Below, piece after piece: positions 1 through 8,794 of a DNA stretch of 32,000 nt (position 1 is the first letter of the stretch; every line of letters begins with the position of its first letter). Origin of the DNA: Vibrio vulnificus CMCP6 (GTDB lineage: Bacteria; Pseudomonadota; Gammaproteobacteria; Enterobacterales; Vibrionaceae). The notes beneath the pieces were generated by a model that worked only from the letters and a program-made list of their open reading frames with translations, made no database searches and was not told the origin of the DNA. Made by a program: the position numbers and the translations under genes. Location of the stretch: positions 30,001 through 62,000 of the forward strand of contig NC_004460.2 of assembly GCF_000039765.1 (NCBI RefSeq). Direction: 5' to 3'.

Positions 1-867
1 CAAGCGATCAGTCAGACGCTGTCAGGCAAAAATGTTGGTGTTTATCGTGAAGGTGATGACTTAATCCCGATTGTGCTGCGAGCGCCCAAAGAAGAGCGCC
101 AGCATGCTAGGGCGATCGAAAACACCTTGGTTTATAGTCACGCGGTTGGGCAGTCAGTGCCAGTAAGTCAACTGATTGAATCGGTGGATGTGGTTTGGCA
201 AGACGCCATACTACGCCGCATTGATCGTGTCCCGACGATTTTAGTTCAAGCAGATCCTGCACCAGGTGTGCTCACGGCGGACGCGTTCAATCAAATACGC
301 AATAAAATCGAAGCTGTTCCTTTGCCTGCGGGTTACGAGTTGACTTGGTATGGTGAGTACAAAGCATCTAAGGATGCCAATGAAGGTCTGGTCATTTCGG
401 CACCTTACGGGTTTTCCGCAATGATTTTGTCGGTCATTTTCATGTTTAACGCGTTAAGACAGCCGTTGGTGATCTGGCTAACAGCGCCTTTAGCAGTGAT
501 TGGTGTCACGGTTGGCCTGATTGTCTTCCAAACGCCCTTCGAATTCATGGCGATTCTCGGCTTTCTTAGCTTGATCGGCATGATGGTGAAAAACGCCATC
601 GTCTTGGTGGATCAAGCTGACGTGGAAATTCGACAAGGCAAGTGGCCATTCCAAGCCATCATCAATGCGGCGATGAGTCGCGCTCGTCCTGTGCTTCTTG
701 GCGCATTGACCACGATATTAGGTGTCGCACCACTGTTGGTTGATCCCTTCTTTAAAAGTATGGCGGTCACCATCATGTTCGGTCTGCTGTTTGCGACCTT
801 GTTGACACTGGTGGTGATCCCGCTTTTCTATGCCATGTTGTTTCGCATAAAAGTGGAGCAAATGTAA
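1..867 (+). CDS. RND (AcrB/HAE1-type) efflux permease, C-terminal part; the 5' end lies outside the window
   Basis: Frame 1 is open from base 1 (QAISQTLSGKNVGVYREGDDLIPIV...) to TAA at 865-867. The C-terminal TM bundle carries typical RND strings (GFLSLIGMMVKNAIVLVD, SRARPVLLGALTTILGVAPL). A strong terminator follows directly. Confidence 0.85.
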   Translation, partial: QAISQTLSGKNVGVYREGDDLIPIVLRAPKEERQHARAIENTLVYSHAVGQSVPVSQLIESVDVVWQDAILRRIDRVPTILVQADPAPGVLTADAFNQIRNKIEAVPLPAGYELTWYGEYKASKDANEGLVISAPYGFSAMILSVIFMFNALRQPLVIWLTAPLAVIGVTVGLIVFQTPFEFMAILGFLSLIGMMVKNAIVLVDQADVEIRQGKWPFQAIINAAMSRARPVLLGALTTILGVAPLLVDPFFKSMAVTIMFGLLFATLLTLVVIPLFYAMLFRIKVEQM

Positions 868-880
868 CGTGACGAACGAA

Positions 881-908
881 CGCTACTCAGTTGAGTAGCG
901 TTTTTTTT
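881..908 (+). terminator. Rho-independent terminator of the RND gene
   Basis: Stem CGCTACTC/GAGTAGCG (881-888 / 893-900) followed by T8 (901-908). Confidence 0.8.
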
Positions 909-1023
909 GGTGAGGCGTTTTCTGCGATTTTTGCACAATTCTTTATGCAACTGACGCCACTTCACAGAACCTTTCACATAACGCGCTAAACTAACATTAA
1001 CCCTTCGCCACAGGAGTCTTTTT

Positions 1024-2295
1024 ATGGATTTCAATCAACTGGTTAGTGGTCAACATCCCGTGTGGAATGTCATTATCGCGTTGCTGCTCGGGGCTATCAT
1101 TGGCACACAGCGTGGCTGGGTGATGCGAAACAGTGCTGAAGGCAGTCGTGTGGCGGGAATTCGCACCTTCTCTTTAGTTGGCTTACTGGGTGGGTTAACG
1201 GCATTGCTCGCCAGTCACACATCGCCTTTCGTGCTTGGTTTTGCTTTACTCGCCTTGGTGGCGCTGGCTTCTATTGCCTTCATTATTCAGCAGAAAAACA
1301 GCCAAGATATCAGCATTACTGGCGTTGTCAGTTTGCTGGTGACGTTTGTGATTGGCAGCTTAGCCGTAGTGGGAGAGGCCGTATTGGCGGCATCGGCAGC
1401 GGTAATTACTGCCGTCGTATTAGATAACAAAAGAGAGCTTCATCAAGGATTGCAGCGTCTGCAAGAATATGAATTGGATGCTGCCTTACGCTTGATGATG
1501 ATCTCTGTGGTGTTGCTGCCTCTGCTGCCAAATCAAACCTATGGCCCATGGAATGCCTTGAACCCGTATGAGATTTGGTGGATGGTGGTGCTGATCGCCA
1601 GCATTTCCTTTGTGGGGTACTTTGCGATCAAAATCGGCGGTGCCAAACGTGGAGTGCTATTTACCTCCGTTTTTGCCGGATTGAGTTCGTCAACGGCACT
1701 GACACTGCAATTTTCCAATCTTTCTCGAGAACAACCAACGATTAGCCCCTTGCTTGCCAGCGGCATACTGCTCAGCTGTGGCACCATGTTCCCACGTTTG
1801 CTGGTGGTGCTTTCGGTGTTAAACCCGGCCTTGGTGACACAGTTGTGGCCGATCGTGCTATTGATGATGGCAGCCTTGTATCTTCCAGCTTGGTGGATCT
1901 GGCGCTATAGCGATGTGGAGTTTAACGAGCAAGCGGGCAAACAAACCAACCCTCTTGCTCTGCAATCGGCGCTGTTTTTTGGGGTCATTTTAGCGGTGAT
2001 TATGCTGCTTTCTCACGCGTTATCTGAGTGGTTTGGCAGCGCGGGTACACTCATCCTTGCTGCGTTGTCGGGTATTACCGATGTGGATGCCATTTCTCTT
2101 GCGCTTGGTCGTCAAAGTACTCAAGGGTTGAGCGTAACCACCGCTGCGCTTGGGGTGTTTATCGCCGCTTCCGTCAATACGTTAGTCAAAATGGGCATGG
2201 TGGTGGCGATTGGTGATCGCAAGTTGTGGAAACGCGTGGCGCCGGTGATGCTCGCCAGCGTAGCGATTGGCGGCGTGACATTTTGGGCCCTCTAG
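1024..2295 (+). CDS. MgtC/SapB-family N-terminal domain fused to a DUF4010-type polytopic membrane protein
   Basis: 423-aa ORF with AGGAG 8 nt upstream of the ATG. It is highly hydrophobic with many TM segments. The N-terminal pattern (GAIIGTQRG...AGIRTFSLVGLLGG) resembles MgtC-family proteins. Assigned by recalled family resemblance only. Confidence 0.65.
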   Translation: MDFNQLVSGQHPVWNVIIALLLGAIIGTQRGWVMRNSAEGSRVAGIRTFSLVGLLGGLTALLASHTSPFVLGFALLALVALASIAFIIQQKNSQDISITGVVSLLVTFVIGSLAVVGEAVLAASAAVITAVVLDNKRELHQGLQRLQEYELDAALRLMMISVVLLPLLPNQTYGPWNALNPYEIWWMVVLIASISFVGYFAIKIGGAKRGVLFTSVFAGLSSSTALTLQFSNLSREQPTISPLLASGILLSCGTMFPRLLVVLSVLNPALVTQLWPIVLLMMAALYLPAWWIWRYSDVEFNEQAGKQTNPLALQSALFFGVILAVIMLLSHALSEWFGSAGTLILAALSGITDVDAISLALGRQSTQGLSVTTAALGVFIAASVNTLVKMGMVVAIGDRKLWKRVAPVMLASVAIGGVTFWAL

Positions 2296-2303
2296 TCAAA
2301 CAG

Positions 2304-2325
2304 AGGCCCAGCATTCACTGGGCCT
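2304..2325. terminator. Intergenic hairpin between convergent genes (possible bidirectional terminator, no clear U-tract)
   Basis: AGGCCCA / TGGGCCT 7-bp stem with an 8-nt loop, lying between the stops of the 1024-2295 (+) and 2359-4122 (-) genes. Confidence 0.4.
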
Positions 2326-2358
2326 AGGACATTATGGAAGGTCGACAATATGACTCGG

Positions 2359-4122
2359 CTAGTTTTGGTGAACAAAAGGCCCCGCAGTGGCGCTAGATGC
2401 CACATTGCCAGCAGAATCATAGACTTTCGAGGTGACGTAATACTCGTAAGCCACCCCTTTGGAACCGTTGAAATTATACGAATGTGACGTCACTTGCTCA
2501 TTTTTTACATACGTGCCGCAGCAAGAAAAGGTTACTTCCGTCGATGAGGCGACATCCGTATCCCAGCTGATTTGGAATTTCACCCCTTTGATGACACGGC
2601 TGCTGACATTGGAAATGGTGATATCGCCCCCCGTGCCAGAGCCCCCTCCATCACCTCCTCTGGCGCAGAGATCACTGCTGACGCCCACTTCATCCCAAGC
2701 GTCAAGGACGTTGGCCGAGTGGGTACTAGCAACGGCGTCAGTGGCGGCGCGCGCTAAACAGAAATCTGCATTGGGCGGCAGGGAGGTAAAACCGTTATAT
2801 ACGATTTGCGTTGCGGCATCCAAACCGATACCCGCCACATCGGTACCTGAGGCAAATTGTCCATCAGAATTTTGCCCGCCATTGACTAATAAGTAATACC
2901 AGTGGTTGATGATGCCACTGTTGATGTGCACACCACCATTGTCGCCAGTGCCTGTGTATCGTTCATTGTAATGAGAGGGATCGCCATCTTCTCCTGGATC
3001 AGCCATATTGCGGATGCCGTTTGAGTTTGGCGTGATGTCTTCACCGATGGTCCAGTTGCCACTGCCATAATAAAACTCAATGTTGGTGCCCATGATGTCG
3101 GAAAACGCTTCATTGAGTGCACCAGATTCATTTTGGTAAATCAGATCGCTGGTTGCGTCGGTCAATCCGTGTGAAAGTTCGTGTCCCACCACATCTAAAT
3201 CACCGGATAAATTAATGAAGGAGATGCCGTCTCCATCTCCGTAAGCCATTTGATAGCCATTCCAATAGGCGTTGTTATAGTTGCGTTTAACATGAGCGGT
3301 TGACACCATCCCCTGCGAATAGTGATTTAGCCAGTTGAATTGCAGCACGCTCAAAAAGTAACTGTCAGTCACATTGGCAAAGAAATGGGCATCGACCATA
3401 GCCGCTTGGCCAGGGGAAGTGCGGCCAGGTTCCACCCACTGATCATCACTATCCGTGGCCAGATCTCCGGGTAATCGACTGCGGCCGCCCGCATCGTAGG
3501 TAGAAAGGCGACCATTTGCAGAAACCATTTCGAAATTGCCGCGATTAAATGTGGTCAGCCCGGAAAGGTCTTTGCTATCCCCATGAACGCCCGTTCCGCT
3601 GCCAGTGGTTAACCCGTCATAAGCATTGAGCACTTCGCCAGTTTCGGCATCAATCCAATAGTGCCAACGGCTGTCAGCACGTTGATTTTCTACGATATAA
3701 AAGAACAGTCCATTGGAAGGGTTAATAAACAGGTTAGTCGTCCACCGTCCATGGCCACCAATTTTCATCATCACGATGCCTTTGGCCGTTTCGGCTTTCA
3801 GTTTGACGGAATTACTTGAGAGTAAATGGTCATAGCGACGACCAATCACCGCGACAACATCGCCACTGGCCGCCGTGATGAGACTGATTTCTCCGCCAAA
3901 TACAATGGCATTTTGAAAGTGCTGCTGAAAGCGCTGTGTTTCCATTCCGGAATGACCAAGCGCAAAGCGTTTCACCAAGGTGGCGTTGTCTGGAAGGATA
4001 AAGTTTTTCGCTTGAAGACCTTTCAAGCTAGGACTTGGATGCGCGTTGGGACCATTTGCTGCCATGCTTAAAGGAGCGGCTGCGAGCAGGCAAGTGGCAA
4101 TGATGGTGGTTTTGAAAGTCAT
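2359..4122 (-). CDS. Secreted M4 (thermolysin-like) zinc metalloprotease precursor with a Gly-rich linker and a C-terminal FN3-like beta domain
   Basis: Contains HEXXH (VVGHELSHGLTD) plus the downstream Glu ligand motif (GALNEAFSDIMG) typical of M4. I place the start at ATG 4122 (MTFKTTIIATCLLAAAPLSMAANG, a signal peptide) because GGAGG lies 5 nt upstream; the longer ORF to 4185 lacks this. The C-terminus is GGDGGGSGTGG followed by ITISNVSS...ISWDTDVASSTEVTF.... Confidence 0.85.
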   Translation of the reverse strand: MTFKTTIIATCLLAAAPLSMAANGPNAHPSPSLKGLQAKNFILPDNATLVKRFALGHSGMETQRFQQHFQNAIVFGGEISLITAASGDVVAVIGRRYDHLLSSNSVKLKAETAKGIVMMKIGGHGRWTTNLFINPSNGLFFYIVENQRADSRWHYWIDAETGEVLNAYDGLTTGSGTGVHGDSKDLSGLTTFNRGNFEMVSANGRLSTYDAGGRSRLPGDLATDSDDQWVEPGRTSPGQAAMVDAHFFANVTDSYFLSVLQFNWLNHYSQGMVSTAHVKRNYNNAYWNGYQMAYGDGDGISFINLSGDLDVVGHELSHGLTDATSDLIYQNESGALNEAFSDIMGTNIEFYYGSGNWTIGEDITPNSNGIRNMADPGEDGDPSHYNERYTGTGDNGGVHINSGIINHWYYLLVNGGQNSDGQFASGTDVAGIGLDAATQIVYNGFTSLPPNADFCLARAATDAVASTHSANVLDAWDEVGVSSDLCARGGDGGGSGTGGDITISNVSSRVIKGVKFQISWDTDVASSTEVTFSCCGTYVKNEQVTSHSYNFNGSKGVAYEYYVTSKVYDSAGNVASSATAGPFVHQN

Positions 4123-4585
4123 GAACGCCTCCAAAGTGAAGTCCATTTTGTTCCCACCATAGGATTGCAAAACTGCGCACTTCATGACTGTGTGAGAACT
4201 TGCTATTTATGAGTTTGTCACTAAAGATAAGTGTAGGCAGGAAAAGGGCTGCCATCAAACCACATCACGGAATTGATAATAATTTATCTGAATAATGAAA
4301 TGGATATATTGTTAAATGTGTTATTTATGAGACGGATAGATGACAAGGATTGATGTGATTAATAAAAGCACTATAATCATGGCAAATTTTAATAAGATGT
4401 CCCATAAATCAGTTTGCTCTACAAATCGCCTTGGTGAAGAATTACTTGCTTAATGTAGAGTTAAAACAAGGAAGTCATTTTTAGACGTCTTAATCAACCG
4501 AAATAACAAGTTGGCTTGTATTGTGTATTTGGACTGATTGAGGTTTCACGTTTTGTTTTCTGTATCAAACTCTTTTATTTCCTCT

Positions 4586-5656
4586 TTGAAGCGAAACGCT
4601 TTGGGGGGATTACTTCTTGCTGCGATGAGCTTTCCATTGGCCGCCGCCCCTGAAACAACGGTATTAACACCCGATCAAGATTGGATGCCAACCACGGATT
4701 TGAGCTTGCCACGACAAATGAAAATAGGTGCGCTCGAAAACGGCATTCGTTATGTTGTCATGCCATCACGCTATAGCCAAAAGACGGTGTCACTTCGCTT
4801 CGAATTGCAAACGGCATCCAATCAGACTTGGCTTGTGGCCAACGAAGCAGACCTGAACTCGCGCTCTCTCAAAGAGGCCCTTGTTGAACTGCGCGACAAA
4901 GTCTTGGTGAACGACAAAGTCCCAGCGGCTCCTCAAAGTAAGCTGACGGTGATTTTGGTGGGGGATATTCAGGTTCGCGATGCGATCGATCAAATCGACA
5001 TCGTTTTTGGTGGAGCCAAGATTGGCAACTCGATTCCCGGTCGTTTGTTTGCTGAAAAGCCAAGTCCAAGTCTTGAGCAACCAGAGGATGCTGAGACGTC
5101 AGCTCAGCCTGTGGCCGCCAACATCTATTTGAAAACACGCCTGACTGATGACCAAGAAGACAGCAAAATGCGTCGTAAAGAGCTGACAGCAAGTCAGTTG
5201 GCTGATGATGTTTTGATGGCGCGATTGGAAAAGCAACTGTTAGAAGCCAACATCGGTCTAGTAGCGGTTGAGATGGAAGAGAGTTGGTCTCGCCAGCAAT
5301 TGGTCAGCACGATTACAGTGGCACTGAGTAACGAAGAAGAGTTAGATAGTGCAAAAACCATCGTTACCAAGGTGCTGGAAGGGGCAAAAAATGGCAATGT
5401 GACGGCGGATGAGTTTGCGACACAAGTTCAATTGAGACACGACTTGTTTAAGCGCCATCTTAAGGTTTCACCTTCGCAACAAGCCGATGGTATTGCACAA
5501 GCAATCCGCTTTAATCGCGTTTATGTGCAGCCATCTGATGAGTTGAGATTATTTGAGTTCCATATCGCGCATATGACTGAGAGCGACGTCAGTGAGTCGA
5601 TGATCGTCAACTGGTCAAAAGGCACTGAAATGCTTAGTCACGTCACTGGTCAATAA
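4586..5656 (+). CDS. Secreted hypothetical protein with degenerate M16 (pitrilysin/insulinase)-like ends and no HxxEH motif
   Basis: The ORF is open from 4538 with only TTG starts before the first ATG (4628). TTG at 4586 gives the signal peptide MKRNALGGLLLAAMSFPLAAAPE; TTG at 4538 or 4553 are alternatives. The N-terminus (IGALENGIRYVVMPS...TVSLRFEL) and C-terminus (VTADEF...HIAHMTESDV) resemble M16 N- and C-domain patterns, but no HxxEH is present. Confidence 0.55.
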   Translation: MKRNALGGLLLAAMSFPLAAAPETTVLTPDQDWMPTTDLSLPRQMKIGALENGIRYVVMPSRYSQKTVSLRFELQTASNQTWLVANEADLNSRSLKEALVELRDKVLVNDKVPAAPQSKLTVILVGDIQVRDAIDQIDIVFGGAKIGNSIPGRLFAEKPSPSLEQPEDAETSAQPVAANIYLKTRLTDDQEDSKMRRKELTASQLADDVLMARLEKQLLEANIGLVAVEMEESWSRQQLVSTITVALSNEEELDSAKTIVTKVLEGAKNGNVTADEFATQVQLRHDLFKRHLKVSPSQQADGIAQAIRFNRVYVQPSDELRLFEFHIAHMTESDVSESMIVNWSKGTEMLSHVTGQ

Positions 5657-5676
5657 TTCTCCAGACTTTGATAAAG

Positions 5677-5704
5677 CCAACTTGTTGTTCGAGTTGGTTT
5701 TTTT
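5677..5704 (+). terminator. Rho-independent terminator
   Basis: CCAACT / AGTTGG stem with a 9-nt loop, then T7 (5698-5704), 20 nt after the stop at 5656. Confidence 0.65.
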
Positions 5705-5792
5705 ATATTTCCTATTCCTCTGTGGTATGACTCTTGCTTTAATACACTCGTGAGCGTTATCTGCCATTAAAAATGGCGCCTTGCCTTGATAA

Positions 5793-5809
5793 ATTCTCAA
5801 ATTGAGAAT
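5793..5809. promoter_or_regulatory. Perfect 17-bp palindrome (candidate operator) overlapping a candidate promoter of the PilZ gene
   Basis: ATTCTCAA-A-TTGAGAAT has 8+1+8 perfect dyad symmetry. It overlaps TTGCCT(5781)-N17-GAGAAT, about 55 nt upstream of the PilZ start. The cognate regulator is unknown. Confidence 0.35.
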
Positions 5810-5868
5810 GGTTTTAGGAAAGAAAAGGGCGCTTTGATAGGCAGAAGCGATACAGGGAGGCAATGACG

Positions 5869-6237
5869 ATGCAAAATCATGACGATCAAAAGCGAAAGTA
5901 TTACCGCTTAAAATATCCTGTGAAGGCACTACCACGTGTCCGTATCAACGGTAATGTGTACCACGTGAATGAAGTTTCCGAAGGGGGCTTACGGGTCACA
6001 CTCTCTAGCATCCACCAATTTCATCAGGGTCTGATGATTCGGGGAACGTTGCAGCTGCTCAACTGTGTGTTGGCTATCGAAGGGCGTATTTTGCGTTTCG
6101 ATCAAGATGAAGTGGTGTTAAAGCTCTCTAAAGGCCCGAGTTTCAAGCATATGGCTGCAGAGCAACGTTATCTCTTGCAGCATTTTCCGACTCATATACA
6201 TATGCTGCGCCGAGCCGCGGCCAATCAAGTCGCGTGA
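5869..6237 (+). CDS. Single-domain PilZ (c-di-GMP-binding) protein
   Basis: RxxxR motif (RKYYR) is followed about 20 residues later by EVSEGG, which fits (D/N)xSxxG with E for D. The size of about 122 aa is typical of stand-alone PilZ proteins. AGGGAGG at 5854-5860 favours ATG 5869 over ATG 5863. Confidence 0.7.
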   Translation: MQNHDDQKRKYYRLKYPVKALPRVRINGNVYHVNEVSEGGLRVTLSSIHQFHQGLMIRGTLQLLNCVLAIEGRILRFDQDEVVLKLSKGPSFKHMAAEQRYLLQHFPTHIHMLRRAAANQVA

Positions 6238-6285
6238 TCGGATTTTCCCAAATACACTTCCCAACGACATTTCTCAAGGTCATTA

Positions 6286-6327
6286 AAACAAACGCGAAGC
6301 GGATTAACACGCTTCGCTTTGTTTTGT
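6286..6327. terminator. Bidirectional terminator shared by the PilZ gene (+) and the STAS-like gene (-)
   Basis: AAACAAACGCGAAGCG / CGCTTCGCTTTGTTTT long stem (one bulged C) with an 8-nt loop. It is A-rich on the left and T-rich on the right. Confidence 0.65.
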
Positions 6328-6390
6328 CGTTCACTTCAGTACCGATAGGGCAATAATGCCGATAGAGTAATTTGGATCGAGTCTGATCCG

Positions 6391-6771
6391 TTAATCCGCC
6401 AACCATGTGATTGCCGAGTCATAATCGCTAAATGATTTCATCTCGCCAGAAATAAACCAGCTGCCAACTTTGGCTGCGAGTTCTTGCCAATTTTTGTCGC
6501 CATAAACAGCAACTTTATTGACGTTGAAGCCGATTTTGAGACCCAGTTGGAAGTCATCCCAGGCCGCTCTAGGCTCCCAGCCTGAAAACTCGCTAATGTC
6601 TGCGAGCATATTCATCTGTTGTCGATTGATGCCCGCAAGGGCGGCTTCCAGAACTGGAACGATCGCTTGATAATCTTGATGGGTGAGTGTGCCTGTTGCT
6701 TTAAAAACCAATATGGTTTGTGAGCCAATACGCTCAATGCCAAACGTGATGCCGTGACGTTGATTATTCAC
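6391..6771 (-). CDS. STAS/SpoIIAA-like (DUF3478-type) small protein
   Basis: About 126 aa. The pattern ILVFKATGTLTHQDYQAIVPVLEAAL...ADISEFSGWEPRAAWDD...NKVAVYGDKNWQ matches my recollection of SpoIIAA-like DUF3478 proteins. The GTG at 6771 has AGGAG 7 nt upstream; the ORF also extends to GTG 6786. Confidence 0.55.
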   Translation of the reverse strand: MNNQRHGITFGIERIGSQTILVFKATGTLTHQDYQAIVPVLEAALAGINRQQMNMLADISEFSGWEPRAAWDDFQLGLKIGFNVNKVAVYGDKNWQELAAKVGSWFISGEMKSFSDYDSAITWLAD

Positions 6772-6896
6772 CTCGTGTCTCCTCACTCTATGGTTTGTTT
6801 GTAAGAGCTTAGAGGAGATTCAAACCCTAAAGTGGGAGCCGATTCAGACTTTCGCTATCTCTGTTGGAGTCAATGCTGTTGCGATGTTGGGGTGTT

Positions 6897-6925
6897 TTGA
6901 TAATTTCACTCAACTGTCATAAAAA
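6897..6925 (+). promoter_or_regulatory. Candidate sigma-70 promoter for the small-ORF unit
   Basis: TTGATA (6897-6902), a 17-nt spacer, then TAAAAA (6920-6925). Confidence 0.3.
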
Positions 6926-7013
6926 TTTAATCTTGTTATGCGTTGTGTTCCGAACGGGAAATAATAATACTGTCAACACAAACTGAAAAAACAATAATAT
7001 GAGGAGAGTGGAT

Positions 7014-7115
7014 ATGCAGCATCAAGAAATGATTCAACCAACCCATCTTGGCGTAATTGGCCGAACTTGCATTTTATCTCTCGGTATTGTTGCAAGTTTC
7101 CTATTTCTGATTTGA
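7014..7115 (+). CDS. Candidate 33-aa hydrophobic small protein (below the ORF-track cutoff)
   Basis: ATG at 7014 is preceded by GAGGAGAG (7001-7008). Translation: MQHQEMIQPTHLGVIGRTCILSLGIVASFLFLI, with one predicted C-terminal TM helix. A strong terminator follows 27 nt later. Confidence 0.35.
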   Translation: MQHQEMIQPTHLGVIGRTCILSLGIVASFLFLI

Positions 7116-7142
7116 ATGCGCTAAGTTGCCGCGAACAAAATG

Positions 7143-7178
7143 AACAAGGGCTCCCACCATGGGAGCCCTTGTTGTTTT
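7143..7178. terminator. Strong bidirectional terminator
   Basis: AACAAGGGCTCCCA / TGGGAGCCCTTGTT 14-bp stem followed by TTGTTTT. An A-rich left flank serves the convergent permease gene, whose stop is at 7182. Confidence 0.8.
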
Positions 7179-7181
7179 CGG

Positions 7182-8435
7182 TTAGACAATCGCGAACAGC
7201 AACGCAGAAACGGCCAGTAGCCCTGTCAGCAAAACAAACACAGTCGTGGCTTTACCACGATATATTTTTAATGAATCAACTCGGTAAATGGCGTAAACCG
7301 GCATGATAAACAGGATCATAGCGATGACTGGGCCAGATAAGGTTTCCATCATGCCGAGAATGCTCGGGTTGATCACCGCCGCAATCCAAATTGAGATAAA
7401 CAAGCTGACGATGGTCATTTTATCGGCGCGTTGAATAGGCATTGATGTGTGCTTGGTTAGCAATCCGTTAAGGCTTTCTCGTGCACCTAAAAAATGGCCA
7501 AGGAATGACGACGTAATGGCGATAAAGGCAACCAGAGGACCAAAAGTCGCAATAAATGGGTTCTCCGTTGCGTTGGCTAAATAAGAAAGTACCGACACAT
7601 TTTGCGCTTTTGCTTGCGCCAATTGCTCTGGGCTTAAAGAGAGCACGCAGGAGAAAACAAACAGCAGTACAAAAGCAATCAACATGATGCTGGTACGCTG
7701 AAGAATCTGTTCTGATTTACCATTCGCCTGCTCGCCGTAATGGCGTTTTTGCACGCCAACGAAGCTGGAAATGGCTGCGGCATGGCTAAATGAGAAGATC
7801 ACCACAGGCACGGCTAACCAGACCGTTTGTAGAAAATCGCCGGCAGAAGGCAGAGCCAAAGAAGGCAGTTGCCAACTTGGGATGAGATAAAGCGACAAAA
7901 ACGCCAGTATGGTGGCGAGTGGGTAAACCATGGCTGCAAACGCACGCAGCATCAGCTTTTCACCGCCGAGCATGATGGCAATTAGGCTGAAAACCAAAAC
8001 ACCAGACAGCAGCACTCGAGGTAATGACTCCATTCCCGCTTGATTGACCATAAAGCTGTCAACCGTGTTGGTGATGCCCACGCCATAAATGAGCAGAATG
8101 GGGAATATCGACAAGAAATAGAGCAAGGAAATCAGACGACCTGCTTTCGCTCCAAAGTGCTCCTCGACGACATCGGTAAAGTCCGCATCGGCTTGTTTTG
8201 ACGAGAGCACAAACCGCGCAAGTGCACGATGACCCCAAAATGTCATGGGAAACGCCAAAAGCGCTAACAGTACCAAAGGCCAAAAGCCGCCGATTCCTAG
8301 GTTGATAGGCAGAAAGAGAATGCCAGCCCCCACGGCGGTGCCAAATAAACTCAATACCCAATGAGTGTCGTGTTTTGTCCAAGTTTTAGTGGGCAGCGTG
8401 TCACTAAAATTTAACGTTTCTCGAGATTCTTTCAC
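7182..8435 (-). CDS. HAAAP-family amino-acid permease (SdaC/TdcC-like serine/threonine transporter)
   Basis: 417-aa polytopic protein. The N-terminus (W.KHDTHWVLSLFGTAVGAGILFLPINLG) is the hallmark of the hydroxy/aromatic amino acid permease family. GTG start. Confidence 0.8.
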   Translation of the reverse strand: MKESRETLNFSDTLPTKTWTKHDTHWVLSLFGTAVGAGILFLPINLGIGGFWPLVLLALLAFPMTFWGHRALARFVLSSKQADADFTDVVEEHFGAKAGRLISLLYFLSIFPILLIYGVGITNTVDSFMVNQAGMESLPRVLLSGVLVFSLIAIMLGGEKLMLRAFAAMVYPLATILAFLSLYLIPSWQLPSLALPSAGDFLQTVWLAVPVVIFSFSHAAAISSFVGVQKRHYGEQANGKSEQILQRTSIMLIAFVLLFVFSCVLSLSPEQLAQAKAQNVSVLSYLANATENPFIATFGPLVAFIAITSSFLGHFLGARESLNGLLTKHTSMPIQRADKMTIVSLFISIWIAAVINPSILGMMETLSGPVIAMILFIMPVYAIYRVDSLKIYRGKATTVFVLLTGLLAVSALLFAIV

Positions 8436-8794
8436 TTAATACTCGCATGTATAAGAATTATAATTTTGCAAATGTTATCGACTTTAGAGATATATATCAC
8501 ATCGATGTTGTAGCGATATGTGCTGTGATTTGTCACATTATGTAAATTATCTCGCCGTCACTTTTTCATCAAATTGGTTATATGAGCTGATTCTGTTTTT
8601 ATATGTGGTTTATTGTTCTGAATTTTTGTTATTTTCTGGATGTAGGTGTTGTGTTCGAAGTGGTGAAAAACACATCATTTTTGATGGAAAGTGGCCTGTT
8701 TGTTATGCCTCTTCTTGCTTAAGGTGTGACGATGGAGATTCCGTTACACTGCCATTTTTACGCTAGCGGATGAATACATCAAAAGGATTTGAAG

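Noticed and set aside
4186-4537. AT-rich 350-bp region checked for small ORFs, repeats or a riboswitch upstream of the M4 protease
   Set aside because: It holds only very short ORFs without SDs and no conserved RNA-motif strings I recognise. I treat it as a divergent promoter region that may be H-NS-bound.
8524-8537. Possible CRP site TGTGATTTGTCACA
   Set aside because: CRP needs TGTGA-N6-TCACA and this site has a 4-nt spacer, so it was not called as a CRP site. The recurrence of the N4 dyad is reported separately as a low-interest finding.
8518-8766. 82-aa Cys-rich ORF in the AT-rich permease/phosphatase intergenic region
   Set aside because: It has no Shine-Dalgarno sequence, low-complexity T-rich codons and no recognisable motif, and it lies in what looks like a shared promoter region. 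It is most likely a chance ORF.
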